64,000 bases of DNA from Phoronis australis (taxonomy: Eukaryota > Animalia > Phoronida): NCBI GenBank assembly GCA_002633005.1, contig NMRA01000459.1, positions 171,047 to 235,046 on the forward strand. The letters run 5' to 3'. Under the pieces are notes generated by a model. That model did no database searches, was not told the origin of the DNA, and saw only the letters and a list, made by a program, of their open reading frames with translations. Position numbers and translations under genes: made by a program. Shown in pieces: positions 35,601-47,104 of the stretch (its first letter is position 1; each line of letters opens with the position of its first letter).

Positions 35601-36916
35601 AGATACACCAAAACGCCCAGGCACACAACAGGTAAACTAATCCGCCGGCAACTCTCACCACTACGCTTACAAGCTACCATAAAACATCCGGGACATTGCA
35701 AAGTGGTTACTCAGATCTATCTCAGGATGCACCGTGGCACCAGAAGGCGCGGCTTTCAAATGTCGAATCTGCATATCGGCTATTTGATTTAAAAATCATC
35801 AATCATATACTAGAGCAGGTTCTGTCATGGATTCTGCGGGTGGCATTATGATGAGCAAAGGTCAGTTGCACATAAAATTCATGCCCTCCTTTAGGATTAA
35901 TTTTGTCAGCGCCGAAGGCCCCCATGTGTTTCAATACTTGAGCCGGCGCTAAAACTGAAAATTTGCGTAACAAGAACCGTTTTTTTAATAAAAAATGCAA
36001 GTAAAATACGTGCAATTGAATTCGTAATTCCATTAAGGTTTTAGTTTCCATTGAAAATGTTTTATCGCGATGATTATTTGTATCGAATTTGTCATGCTGT
36101 TCTTCGGAAACATGACAAGATTAACTGGCGCAATTTGTCGGTGAATTCAGTAAAGCGCGACACCTGTTATAATAACTGTGGTTCGAATTCCAGTGGTTTG
36201 CTAGAGTCAGTCAGCGCACTGAAGCAATCTTCTTGATTTTGATTGGTCACCAAATTGGGTCAAACTTTTTCATCGGCAACGATCCCGAATTTTTTCAAAA
36301 GTAAGTGGTTTATTCAAAAGTGTTTTGTGACGCAAGGCGGATTAATTAAACAGTCTTGACGAAATTACGTGCACATCTGCGAATCTATGCAGTCATGTGC
36401 GTGTTGCGCCTGTACACTTCAATCTGGTTACAGTGCAGGACAAAAGTAATCAAATAAAACACTGTTTCCCCGTCATGACGGCAAACTCTGTTAAAATAAA
36501 AACTTACTGACGATAACTATTACGGTAGGTCAGCATAATTCTAATTACAGAATGACTTAGCAACCAAACTAACTTTCCTGTTAATTACCCTTTACCCTCG
36601 GTCATTAGGGAAGGCTACTTTGACTGTGAATTCGCCTTACGCGCAGTCGTCATGACGGGGGTTTTTGTCTGAATTCTTTTGGCTTGTACTATAGGTATGG
36701 GTACATCCCATGTGTGGTTATAACATTGGGGGTGATTGGGTGAGAAAATCTAAGCTGTAGGTTTTTACGCGTCACACTTACGGAATTCTACATAACAGAG
36801 CATGACGTGAAGTTTAAAATATCTCGTTAGTTGATAACTTAGTTGAGAATAGTAGTATGTCGACTTTGCTCAGGCGCATAAAGATTCAAGGTATTGCCTA
36901 ATTCGCATGCAATGAA

Positions 36917-37543
36917 ATGTCAGCTACACCAGTTTGTAATGGAGTTTGTTTTCTTCAAGCAAACGCACCTTCTCATGTGCGACAAGCAACACGAATTTTC
37001 CAAGTTAGCCTCGTTGTAACCGTCATTTCATCTCTGATAACGATGATCGACTACTCGTCTCATCCCAACCGATACAACTTCCAAAGCGGGGCGTTGTCGT
37101 CTGCTCAGTCGGTGGCCGCTTTAGCCATTCCATTAATTGGCATAGCATCTTTTATAAGCGTCATATCTAGCAGTTTACATATGCTTCAAAACCGACATTT
37201 CTTTAAGTCTTTCCACCCATCCGCTGAAACTATCCCAGTCGATGACTCGATCCCGGAAAACCTGTTGGAGGAGAGCGATTTCTCACGGCGTCGTCGGCAT
37301 CGTTCTTCTAGAGTAAACGCCGTGTGGTACGCCCTATTCAACCAAGAAGCGCCCGACTCCCTGAATTTGGATTCACACCGGGTATCAAATGAAGATTCAT
37401 CCGTTCGAGGGACAGCCTACATAATGACTTCCGTGAATCCCTCCGTGCCTCAGGCTCCCCCCGTATATACGGAGAGAGAACCCAATAAGTCCCCGCCACC
37501 CGCATACAGCGACGTGGTGGTACAAAACACGAGGGAAGCATAA
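36917..37543 (+). CDS. Uncharacterised 2-TM membrane protein with two PPxY motifs (paralog B), 208 aa
   Basis: Uninterrupted ATG ORF with two hydrophobic helices and a tail carrying APPVY and SPPPAYSDVV. It shares PxCxGxCFxxxxAPxxVxxA...SL...IT with paralog A. Confidence 0.85.
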   Translation: MSATPVCNGVCFLQANAPSHVRQATRIFQVSLVVTVISSLITMIDYSSHPNRYNFQSGALSSAQSVAALAIPLIGIASFISVISSSLHMLQNRHFFKSFHPSAETIPVDDSIPENLLEESDFSRRRRHRSSRVNAVWYALFNQEAPDSLNLDSHRVSNEDSSVRGTAYIMTSVNPSVPQAPPVYTEREPNKSPPPAYSDVVVQNTREA

Positions 37544-40500
37544 AGGCTACAAAGAAATGTTATAAAATATTATTTGAGAAGCAGTGAAGTCGTCACCTCT
37601 GAAAGTATAGTTGATTACAATTAAGTAGACTCTCATTTAAACGAAAATCAACAATCTATGCGTTGAAAGGGTTCGTTAAAATAAAAGATTAAAAGGTAGA
37701 TTATATAGGTTTTACGGAAAATTACATTTTTGAGATTTGAGTTAGAGATCGTGATTTAAATAGCTTTGACTAATGCTCTAAAAGAGCAAAATTCGTTGTA
37801 TTTCTGCGATTCCATTTATCTCCAATTGCCACCGTTGTCTGCCAGACATACTTTGAAATCAAAGCTGGCGACTTTTAAACGTTCAAGTGCTTAAAACCAT
37901 CATTTACATTGTTCTGAGAAGTGACTACATTGTCAGCATCATTAATCTTAGTCCTTTATAGCACTGAATATCATAATCGTGAATTTAATATCCCAAAAAC
38001 GAGAAAGGAGATATCCCTTTGGCTAGATTCTTAGAGTGACAATAGCGGGAGGAAAGGTAGTTTTATGAATTCAGATATAAACACCAACTTTTCCACTGAG
38101 TTCTCCAGATAAAACCTCAATGCTCTGTGACCCCAAATGTCGAAGGTTTTAAGCGAATTAGAAAACTGCTCACAAAGTCTGCCATATCGACAAGCGTTAC
38201 TAAAGTTTTAGGTACTTTACACACGACAGCTGCGGGGAAAGAATGACCGCAAAGAAGCACAAGTTCCATTTCATGACAACGTGATTTTTTGAGTTGAATC
38301 ATCACATCCAAGTGTGACACTAATCACTAACTAGGAAATAAAATCACCGAGCATTACCTCGGCGAATGTCTTGCAGAATTGATGGCTATTTATCGTAACA
38401 AAACGATAACAGATTTTGTTGCCTTGTTTTTCGTAGCACTGGGCAAAGCTTATAACTCGAACTGGTCCATCTCATTCGACGATAGACTCAAGTCTTCGGT
38501 CTTGAAAGACATTAAGTCCCTTTAAATATGATAATGGTTAGATCCGACCTTCATTTGTATGGTATCAAAAGAATCCTTTGTTGACACACTAACCGGTTAA
38601 GATTGGGCAACTCGACCGCTGTGCGCACCTCAAAATCTGCCGGTTTAGATCAAAGACACCATGCTGTTCACGGTTGATTAAATCGGCGCAGGCTGCTGGT
38701 GTTTTCGTTCTCTAGATAATGAGAACAATCTTAACCACATTCGGAGAGACAACAGTATTTTTGAATTTTTGTTTTGAAAATTTGTTAATAGCCTATTTAG
38801 ATAGTTCGTGAAAGGACACGTGATTAGGCTTTTGAAGTTTGAAAATTGGACAAGAAATGTAACTTTTATAACCTAAATCATTTATTTAATGTTGTAATAA
38901 TGTCTTCCTCATTAATTCTACTGGGTCAATCACCAAACCACTAGAAAGCAGCTGGATTTTAAGGGAAGCCAAGTGTCCTCGCACCGGCAATGAGATACCA
39001 CATAGCTGCTGAGAGAATGAAAGCGTGTTGGCCGTAGGTCGTGATCAATGTAGGAGAAGACAGCGATAAATTATTATTTTGCAGATCTTGGTACTAATGC
39101 TGGGAGAACAGACGGTTTTGGTTGCACAGAAGTTGTCGAAAGTGTCCTGAACAATACAAAATACCAAATCAATCATTTTGAAAAAAAATGATAATGAAAG
39201 TCTACGGTATACATGTAAGTAACTTAGTCTGACATAAATGGTTACGGCGGTTACGGTGTACTGATTTGTGGTTTTCACCAAAGTCGATTCAGAGTGTGCA
39301 TGATTGAGTAAAACGATAAAGACATGTCTCAAATGTACAGATGTACGTAACGAGGGCGATGAATGGTCCCACTGGATCTACGTAATAACTTTACCAAAGG
39401 GGATATTATTCATTCGTGACCGGATATTCATGTGTTCGTGTACTCATCTACTCTTTCGAATGGGTCGGTTGCTTTCCCACGAAACGCTAATGTCAGGTAT
39501 TGCGCAGTCTAGCCAAATTAAAAAACCGCCGTTCTTCACCATATTCCGGGCAAACACGTTAACTTACAAAAATGTCCCTGCTAATTTGCTTTGTTATTTT
39601 GCACATAACTATCATGGTTAAATCTTGTAAAACAAACTCGGGAGAAAGGAACAAACATATTTTAAAATTCTCGTGTTTGTAATTTTCATGGATATTTTCT
39701 ATTTTTTCCATTATCCAGGAGTGTAGCTTCGTAAACACACATGGTGTCCCTGTTTTTCCGTCACGCGTGAATCTTTCCAAAGAAAATTCCATGAAAGCTA
39801 GTGAAAGGTCTTCAATTTTGATAGACGAGTACTCAGATGGACCGCTCTTACCCAATTCTGTAGCAATGCGAATTCAAATTCGTTTACAGGTTCGCGCGAC
39901 GGCATTTTCAATGATGTATAAGATCTGAAGAAAAAACTCTGCCATACATCTATGCACACAAAGAATCAGGCATCCGATACAGTTTTGAGATACAATGACG
40001 TAACAATGACGTAACAATGATGAGAATTGTAAATATCTGCTGTCATACTGAGGTGCACATTTGACATAAAAAATATATTTGAAGAAATGTGATCCTTTTG
40101 ATAACAAAGGAGTTTTCGCTTAAGTTAACAGGATGCCATTTCAACATCTATTCAATAAATATATAATATAACGTCATAAATAAGGAATCCATAGCTACAT
40201 GTATAAATGATCGACAACTCTTATGTCTGCACTGCACAGACTTCGTCGGCGAAGTCGTAGGCCTAGCTAAAGTTAGTTTCACGATGGTTCCAACCTCCGG
40301 ACCGTAACCATTCCTGTTCTGGCTATTCATAAATTACACACTGTACTTTTAAGTTAGAGGGAAAGTGCCCTCTTCGCCATTTTGTTTGTTCCAAGTTTAA
40401 AGATCAACTACTCCTTTCTTCACACTTTACTTGAAAACATTGAAAAATTATTTTTGATGAAAACCGTGACCTATGTGCCCATATTAGGTCAACGCTTATT

Positions 40501-40817
40501 ACAAAACGACAAGTTCCCGACATGACACAATGTAAACATTTTCCCCTAAAAGCATAACATAAATTATCTAGTTTAACTTGACTTTCTGGTGCACCAACCA
40601 TTGAGTTATAAGAACTCAGACGAAAAGTAGAAAGTAGGCCTAAAAATGCCATCACTATATATGACGAAAATGTCTTCTTGATTGGAGGCACTACTTCTAA
40701 ATTCTAAACTAAGGAAAACGAATGAAAGAGTATTTTCAAACTTGAATAACATTTTCACTGCTATCTGTCACAACAGGACCATTTTCGAAAATTCCAATTT
40801 TAAAAAGTTGCACTGTT

Positions 40818-43800
40818 TCAATTGGCAATTTTCTTTTCACCCAGCTGCTGGTTATAAACAAGTCCGATTTTTGCTGTCTTGAGCTTAAGAAAAACCAAAG
40901 TAAATCCAACTAAAATAAGCAGCGTATTTAGGCCAGTGATGATGGCTACGGCCAACATTCCTTGGGGAGAGATGGGATACTGTCTCTCCAACTCGTCGTG
41001 GTCTTTGCTGGCGTTCTGAAGAGTCTTTCTTAATGGATTAGCTGTGTGCCACTTGTGTATCTCTTCAGTCGTCTGCTTCCACAAGCACTTGTCTTTCGCT
41101 GATGTGAAATTCAGTGAGTACGCCAAATCTACTCCGTCGCGTGAACCACACTTACTCGCGAACACGTGCCAAATGTTCGAGCGCTGATTGGTTGGATCAA
41201 ACTTCATTACGCCTCCGCATGTAACGTTTTCTCGTTTCTTTTCGTCGTGGGAAGTCTATAAACAGTAATAAGTTGAACGAAATTGGGCGGAACTGACTAA
41301 TTTTAGCTTGAAAAAAAGCAATGAGCAGATAAACATTTTGAGATTTATTTGTTTTATTTCAATTTCAATTCAACTACCCGCCAACACGGCTGTCACACTC
41401 ATAGTTCCTCAATTATAGACACGGCTCACGCATTAGCTAAATTCAGTTCACAGAACCACATGTCTCACGGACCACCAAACCGTTGTCTGACTCACAAAAC
41501 ACGGTTCACTCCCATAACAAGACTCATTGACTACTACGGACATGCATGAAGATCGTGAACCACGCGCTTGTGAGTCTGGGCTTACAACTTGAAGTGAGTA
41601 GTTCAAATGGCTCACCGGGCTCTTGAGCGCGAGGAACTATTTTCACGGGTGCCGCAGCTGTGTACATGGGCGGTGCACCACAGGGGGGCTGAAGAGGTTT
41701 TAGCCCCACCACTTTTTTCAGTGCTGCGCCGCCCATGAGTGAATACGTGTGTTTGAGCACTTGAACTGTGCCGGCCGAATAGCTCACTTCCAACAAATTT
41801 TTAAACAAACGCGTAACTTAGTAAAAACCAAGCATTTTCATTATGACATCCCATTCAACCTCGAAATGTTGAGGTTCGCCAAAACTGGACGCCATAGGAC
41901 TTCTTGTTTCACGAAGTTGACATTTTCGAAAGTACGTGCAGGATGAACGTCATTGCATGGATGTGCATGTAGCTTTAAAGATATCCTTCGATGAAAAAGA
42001 CTAACTGTACGAATTGACGTGGGAAAACAAAAGAACACGCATGCGCCTTTAAAATGCGATGCAATCAGAGAATCTACAGTACTTCACTACAATGACGGGA
42101 AGCTAGCTAATCTGATAGTTTCGATCCATCAGTTTCTTGCGACCAAATTAAAGTAATAGCTTGACAGACACCACTTAACGTAGCTGCCAGTTCGATAAGT
42201 CCAGTACTAGAACTTAAATTCTCATCCCAGACGGGATTTACAAGATGATAGTTGGCAAAATGCAAAACAAGCCTGAGTTACTGCGTTTGATACCTACACC
42301 TGTTTTACCAGTATTTACCCGAATTTTTGGATGTCATATTTTTACCATAACGATTTTATTTTACTAAGGACACTTGAATTGTCTGATAGAGTTCAAAATA
42401 ATGGCACATTTTCTTAAGTGGTACACACCTTGCACCAATGAATACTGGTGGATTCAATATCCGGAGACAAAATCAATTGGTAGAAGCCCACTCTTGGCTG
42501 GGTAAGCTGTTCACAACTCATTCTGTTGGTCAGCTGTTGAGCTGAGTCTTGTGAGAAGAGGTGCACCGTGTAGCAACACTTGCTTCGTGGGAATGTAAAT
42601 TTGTAGCTGAACGAGTCGTGGTAATCTAAAATAGTGAGATGTGTTAGCAACAGTTTCTTTCTTTCGACTTCGCTGTTTTATTTGAGCATTGCACATACAT
42701 GTAACTCTCACAGTGGGCGAATTCTCTGTTGTACTTACGACTGATAATTGTAGTCTTACAGTGTGGGACTCCCCAAACAACACGCCTGCCACACTCAAAT
42801 AGATAGTTCATTTTCGGATTTTACAATTTAATACTCCTTGGACCGAAAAAATACATGTCTTCTCTAAAGCTAGTCCTGTAACTCAAATGTGCCAGTAACG
42901 TTCTTTACATATTTTAGTATCACTATAGTACTTAAAATGTGCCTTCTTCTTACGCGATCAAATACACATTTTTGTAAAAAGCGATTCAAAAGTTGAGATA
43001 ATTGCTGAAAAGTAAACAAACACACAAGTTGCCAAAACCATGTATAAAAATAAGAAAGGTTAATTTTAAATATTATAATAAACCTTGTCTATTAAAAAAA
43101 TTAAAAAACACGAAAATGATTTTTTAAATCAAAGTTGATTGCCACCTAGTGGCATACATGTAGTTAATTACTAACCATGTACATTGTCATCTTAAGAATC
43201 TACCGGCGAAATTTTATTGTTCCTGGCACGTTTGACTGAGCCACAGACTTGTGTTCGACCTAAGGCCTATATACGTTCACGCACACCGTATTTGGCAGTA
43301 AGTGACCAAGTTGGTTTATCGATTCGGTGAGAACTCAGCGCGTTTGTAACTGAATGGAGGAAACTACCGTAGGATTAGTCCGGCAGCCGTGTTGTTAGAA
43401 AACCCACTGTGGGCCTTGACGATAATCATGAATCATCTCCCAACTCTGTCAAACAAATTCTAATGCAAACATATTACATCTAAACGTATTTCCAAATGAT
43501 GCTCTATCACCCTGGCGTAAAAGTTTTCAAACGATTATAGAAGTATAAATTTTGAATTTACCGCGGTTACTAGTAAAATCGAATAACCGCACTTATTTTT
43601 ATAGAGAGATCGGAGGTCTGTATTTTTTCAACGTTTGTGATGTCTAGCAACAATTTTTCTCAACGTGACGTAAAATCATTTTTTGCCTTAATTCTGCGTT
43701 GTCTTGCAATTCATAACATGCTCGTGTTCTTGTTGCAGCCCAAACATCCTCGTCTTAAGTCTATTCATCAGTGATGTTTTAAAAAGGTTGGCAGTTTAGA

Positions 43801-45384
43801 CGGGGCACGTTTCACAGATTAAATTTCAAACGAACGGATACGAATATGCAATACACATTCATAGTACAATCGTCTACATGATCTTAAAATTATTCCTTGT
43901 TCTAGTTTTGTTACCTATTGAACGTTTATACCTTTCAAAAGCTGCGAAAACTACAAATAGCGACCTCAATTGGTGCGGAAAAGGCCGAGATAGGTGGCAG
44001 AAAACAATGCGCCATTTGTTTCAATAATGTTTGTGATCTCCGTGGAGTTCGAGAAGGGCTCACTACCAAGCCCGTCTACAGCTTTTCATATTAACATGTC
44101 CACCCAAATCCTCCGCCATTTAACACACGAGTGGTGTCATTTCGAGTGCCCAACTCAGACTAGTCTTTACGCCTACCCGTCAAAAGCTATAACTGATTCC
44201 CCAAATGTGTATGCAAGAACTGCTAAGTTACACTGAAGTGTTTCTGAGAACACGTTTCTTGTTTGTACACTAGACTTACATAAACTGGTAACAGTTGTGT
44301 GAATCTTCATTGTAAAGACTCGAATTTTGTACGGCTTCTGTTTGGATCGGACTTACTTGTTCATTTACTTACGCCTTTAAAACGAAAACACATAATCGAC
44401 CAACGCCATCAATACGATGCTAACGGGTAAAAAGCCGAGGAAAAGGACAAGCGGTAATTCGTAAGTTGGTCCAAAGCCAAACGGATAGCGGGCTAAAGCC
44501 TAGTGTGGCAGACTTAAAAATAACTTTGTCAAATAATATTTTTAAAGCGTCAAGAATATTGCATTTGCAATTTTCTCACAAAATCGCACTGGGTGAAGCT
44601 CAAATCTTACTGCCAACCTTAGTTGGAATGGACTTTTAAATAAAATGTCTGAGATACTAGAAGCAAACGCGCCGTTGACTCCCCTTCGACTACCGTGAAA
44701 CTTTCCAGTGATTTTATTTCGTCAGGACTACACAAAATAAACTAGTACGCTTTAAGAAACGTGCTGGTCAAAATTCATAATGACCGAATGACTTTAATAT
44801 CTAGTAGCTTGCATTACTGTACTAGGCTTGGAAACTCCACTTTTGGTTCCTAGGCTAGGCATAACTAGTCTCCTAAGCGTACAGGTGATCAACATGTTAT
44901 TTTTTGTTTACTTTCCCAATATTTGATGAATTTCCATTGCAAATTTGCAAGGCGAAGCGATCACATTGCCATTGTGTAAGCGATGTACGAAGAATAGAAA
45001 CGTAGACAAAACAATTAATATGCATCTGTTAATTTTTATCTGATGTACAGTAGGCTACTTAAGCACATAATTATGTATTGCTCATTGACTTATTATTTGC
45101 AAAAATAATAATTCTGTACAAAAAAGTTGGTAATGGTGATCTTGCGTTTATGAAATGTTTTATTTGAAAATGTATTCACCTTCCAAATGCACCGTTGTTA
45201 GGTTCCTCCACGGCATGATGCACCTTGTGTAGTTTTTTCGGATAAGTCTTCGCACGCACTCGTCGTGCGTCGCCCACCTTTCATCGTTTTCTGTAGCCCA
45301 AATGCCCTCACTTGGTCTACTCTGGTCCTGTCCAAGACTAAAGGTGCAAATAGCGGCAAAAATTAAAGAAATTCTCGATGCCAT
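40818..45384 (-). CDS. Uncharacterised type I membrane glycoprotein, about 233 aa, 3 exons
   Basis: Exons 45384-45180, 42625-42567 and 41255-40818 join in frame through GT-AG introns (phases 1 and 0; 702 nt). Signal peptide MASRISLIFAAICTFSLG, five N-x-S/T sequons, seven ectodomain Cys, one TM helix and a short basic tail. The middle exon has a weak donor (GTGCAC). Confidence 0.72.
41665..41737. mobile_element. 73-bp hairpin element, reverse-oriented relative of 22500-22644
   Basis: catgggcggtgca...tgcgccgcccatg; its reverse complement closely matches 22500-22570. Confidence 0.8.
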
Positions 45385-45751
45385 GCTCCAAGTCGCTGTT
45401 GTGGTTTGACGTGAGGGAAATAGACTGTCCAGCAAATTGACCTGACTGGGGATTTATAGCATGTCAAGAAAGCAAATATTCGTCTTCTCATCGCGCATGC
45501 GCTCAAGACTTGAAAATTTGCCACTTGTGTTTGGGACGACAGTGGATTGGTCCAACTTGTGAGTTTTGGATGAATCCCGGAGGCGACGCTTTGAAATACG
45601 TGCATGGCAACAGGCTTTCGATGTTTCGAAAATTCTGAGTCATAAAATTTTAGTCAATATTTGTAATAAATGGTCGTTAATAACTTCACTCCAATTCCAC
45701 AGAATAGAGCAGGACGCTGTTAACGTCTCAAAGCATGAAGTTTCTTTAAAG

Positions 45752-46730
45752 CTTTACTTGGGCTGGTATACGACACACTTGACGTTCAATGAAAAGTAGT
45801 TACATGTACCTGGTATTTAGATCAAAACCATAACCTCTTCTACGTGTCTTTAGAAGGTTATCAAGCAATTTTTGCGGCTCCATACACTGCATTTTTGCGT
45901 GCAGAATCACTTGGTCGGGTCCCGTCACTGACCGGACCGAGTGTGCAGGTTGGCTACCACGAAGTCCAGACAGCATACTTGACGCCAATGAAAAGTAATT
46001 AATTCCATTTGACATATACACAGCATCTCCAAAAATACCATTACCTCTTTTAAGTGAATTTAGAAAGCTATCAATCAATTTATACAGCTCAATACGCTGT
46101 AGTTTTGCTCGGGTTTACTTAGTTGGTCTATTCGGTCAACAGCCGGACCGACTGGGATGTGGCGTGATCAAACTGGCACGATAGGAATATTTCACAAGTT
46201 ATTTCAATTTTTCTTCAAAGACCACTTGTTCGGTCTCTTCACAGTCTCGATGTCTAGAATCGTTTTTTGTGCTTTTCACTGTTCAATAACCATTATGTTT
46301 TCGTATATTGTTCAATCGGCTTGACGTCACGAGTGTTGCGCCACCGGGTAACCGGCCAAGTTGGCAACAGTCTAGCGATGTTTTGAATATCCTCAGAGGC
46401 AAATTCATTTTGTATTCGTAATTATTATTCGCAAATGACTTTATGCCGATTCCACACAATACACTCAGACTTTATTTGAAGTTCAGAAAACAAAAACTTT
46501 CTTTTTAAGTTTTACTTTGGGCTGGCTACCGGAGGAGGTGACAGACCACATACTTGACGTTCAATGAAAAGTAATTAATTGCATTAGACATGCACCCAGC
46601 ATCTCCAACAAAACTATGACCGCCTGTACGTGTCCTTAGAAAGTTGTCAACCAATTTTTAGGGCTCCATACACGGAAATTTTGCTTGCAGAATTACTTGG
46701 TTTCGTCCCGTCATTGGCCGTACCGAGTGT
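45752..46730. repeat. Three diverged copies of a ~200-bp unit
   Basis: Units start near 45775, 45975 and 46548 and share acttgacg(tt)caatgaaaagta...ttagaa.g.t.tcaa.caattt...gctc.atac...actt.g.t..gtc...ccg.accga.tg. Confidence 0.85.
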
Positions 46731-47104
46731 ATTTATGTAGCGATTAAGGAAACGGAGGAAAATTTCGGGGTGCTTTCAATAAAACAGAATTGACAACAAG
46801 TACGCGAGCACCTATTTATTTCAAACAATAACGAAAACAGTATCTTCTGCTGCATAGTTAGGACAAGCGGCAACGATGCACCGCATCATAACGGCATTCA
46901 CTGTGCAAATGAACCACTAACGTCGCTGTGTCGTTTCTCACCTTCGTCACAGGTTAACGCGACACCTCTCGGCAAGGTAAGGTCAACCGTATGCAAGGCG
47001 ATGCGGATATAGACCGATTGAGGTGGTAAAAAAACTAATTGAATCGAGTGGAATTCCCTTTAACACTGTCTACAGCACAAGGTCCACTGGTGACACAAGC
47101 GTTT

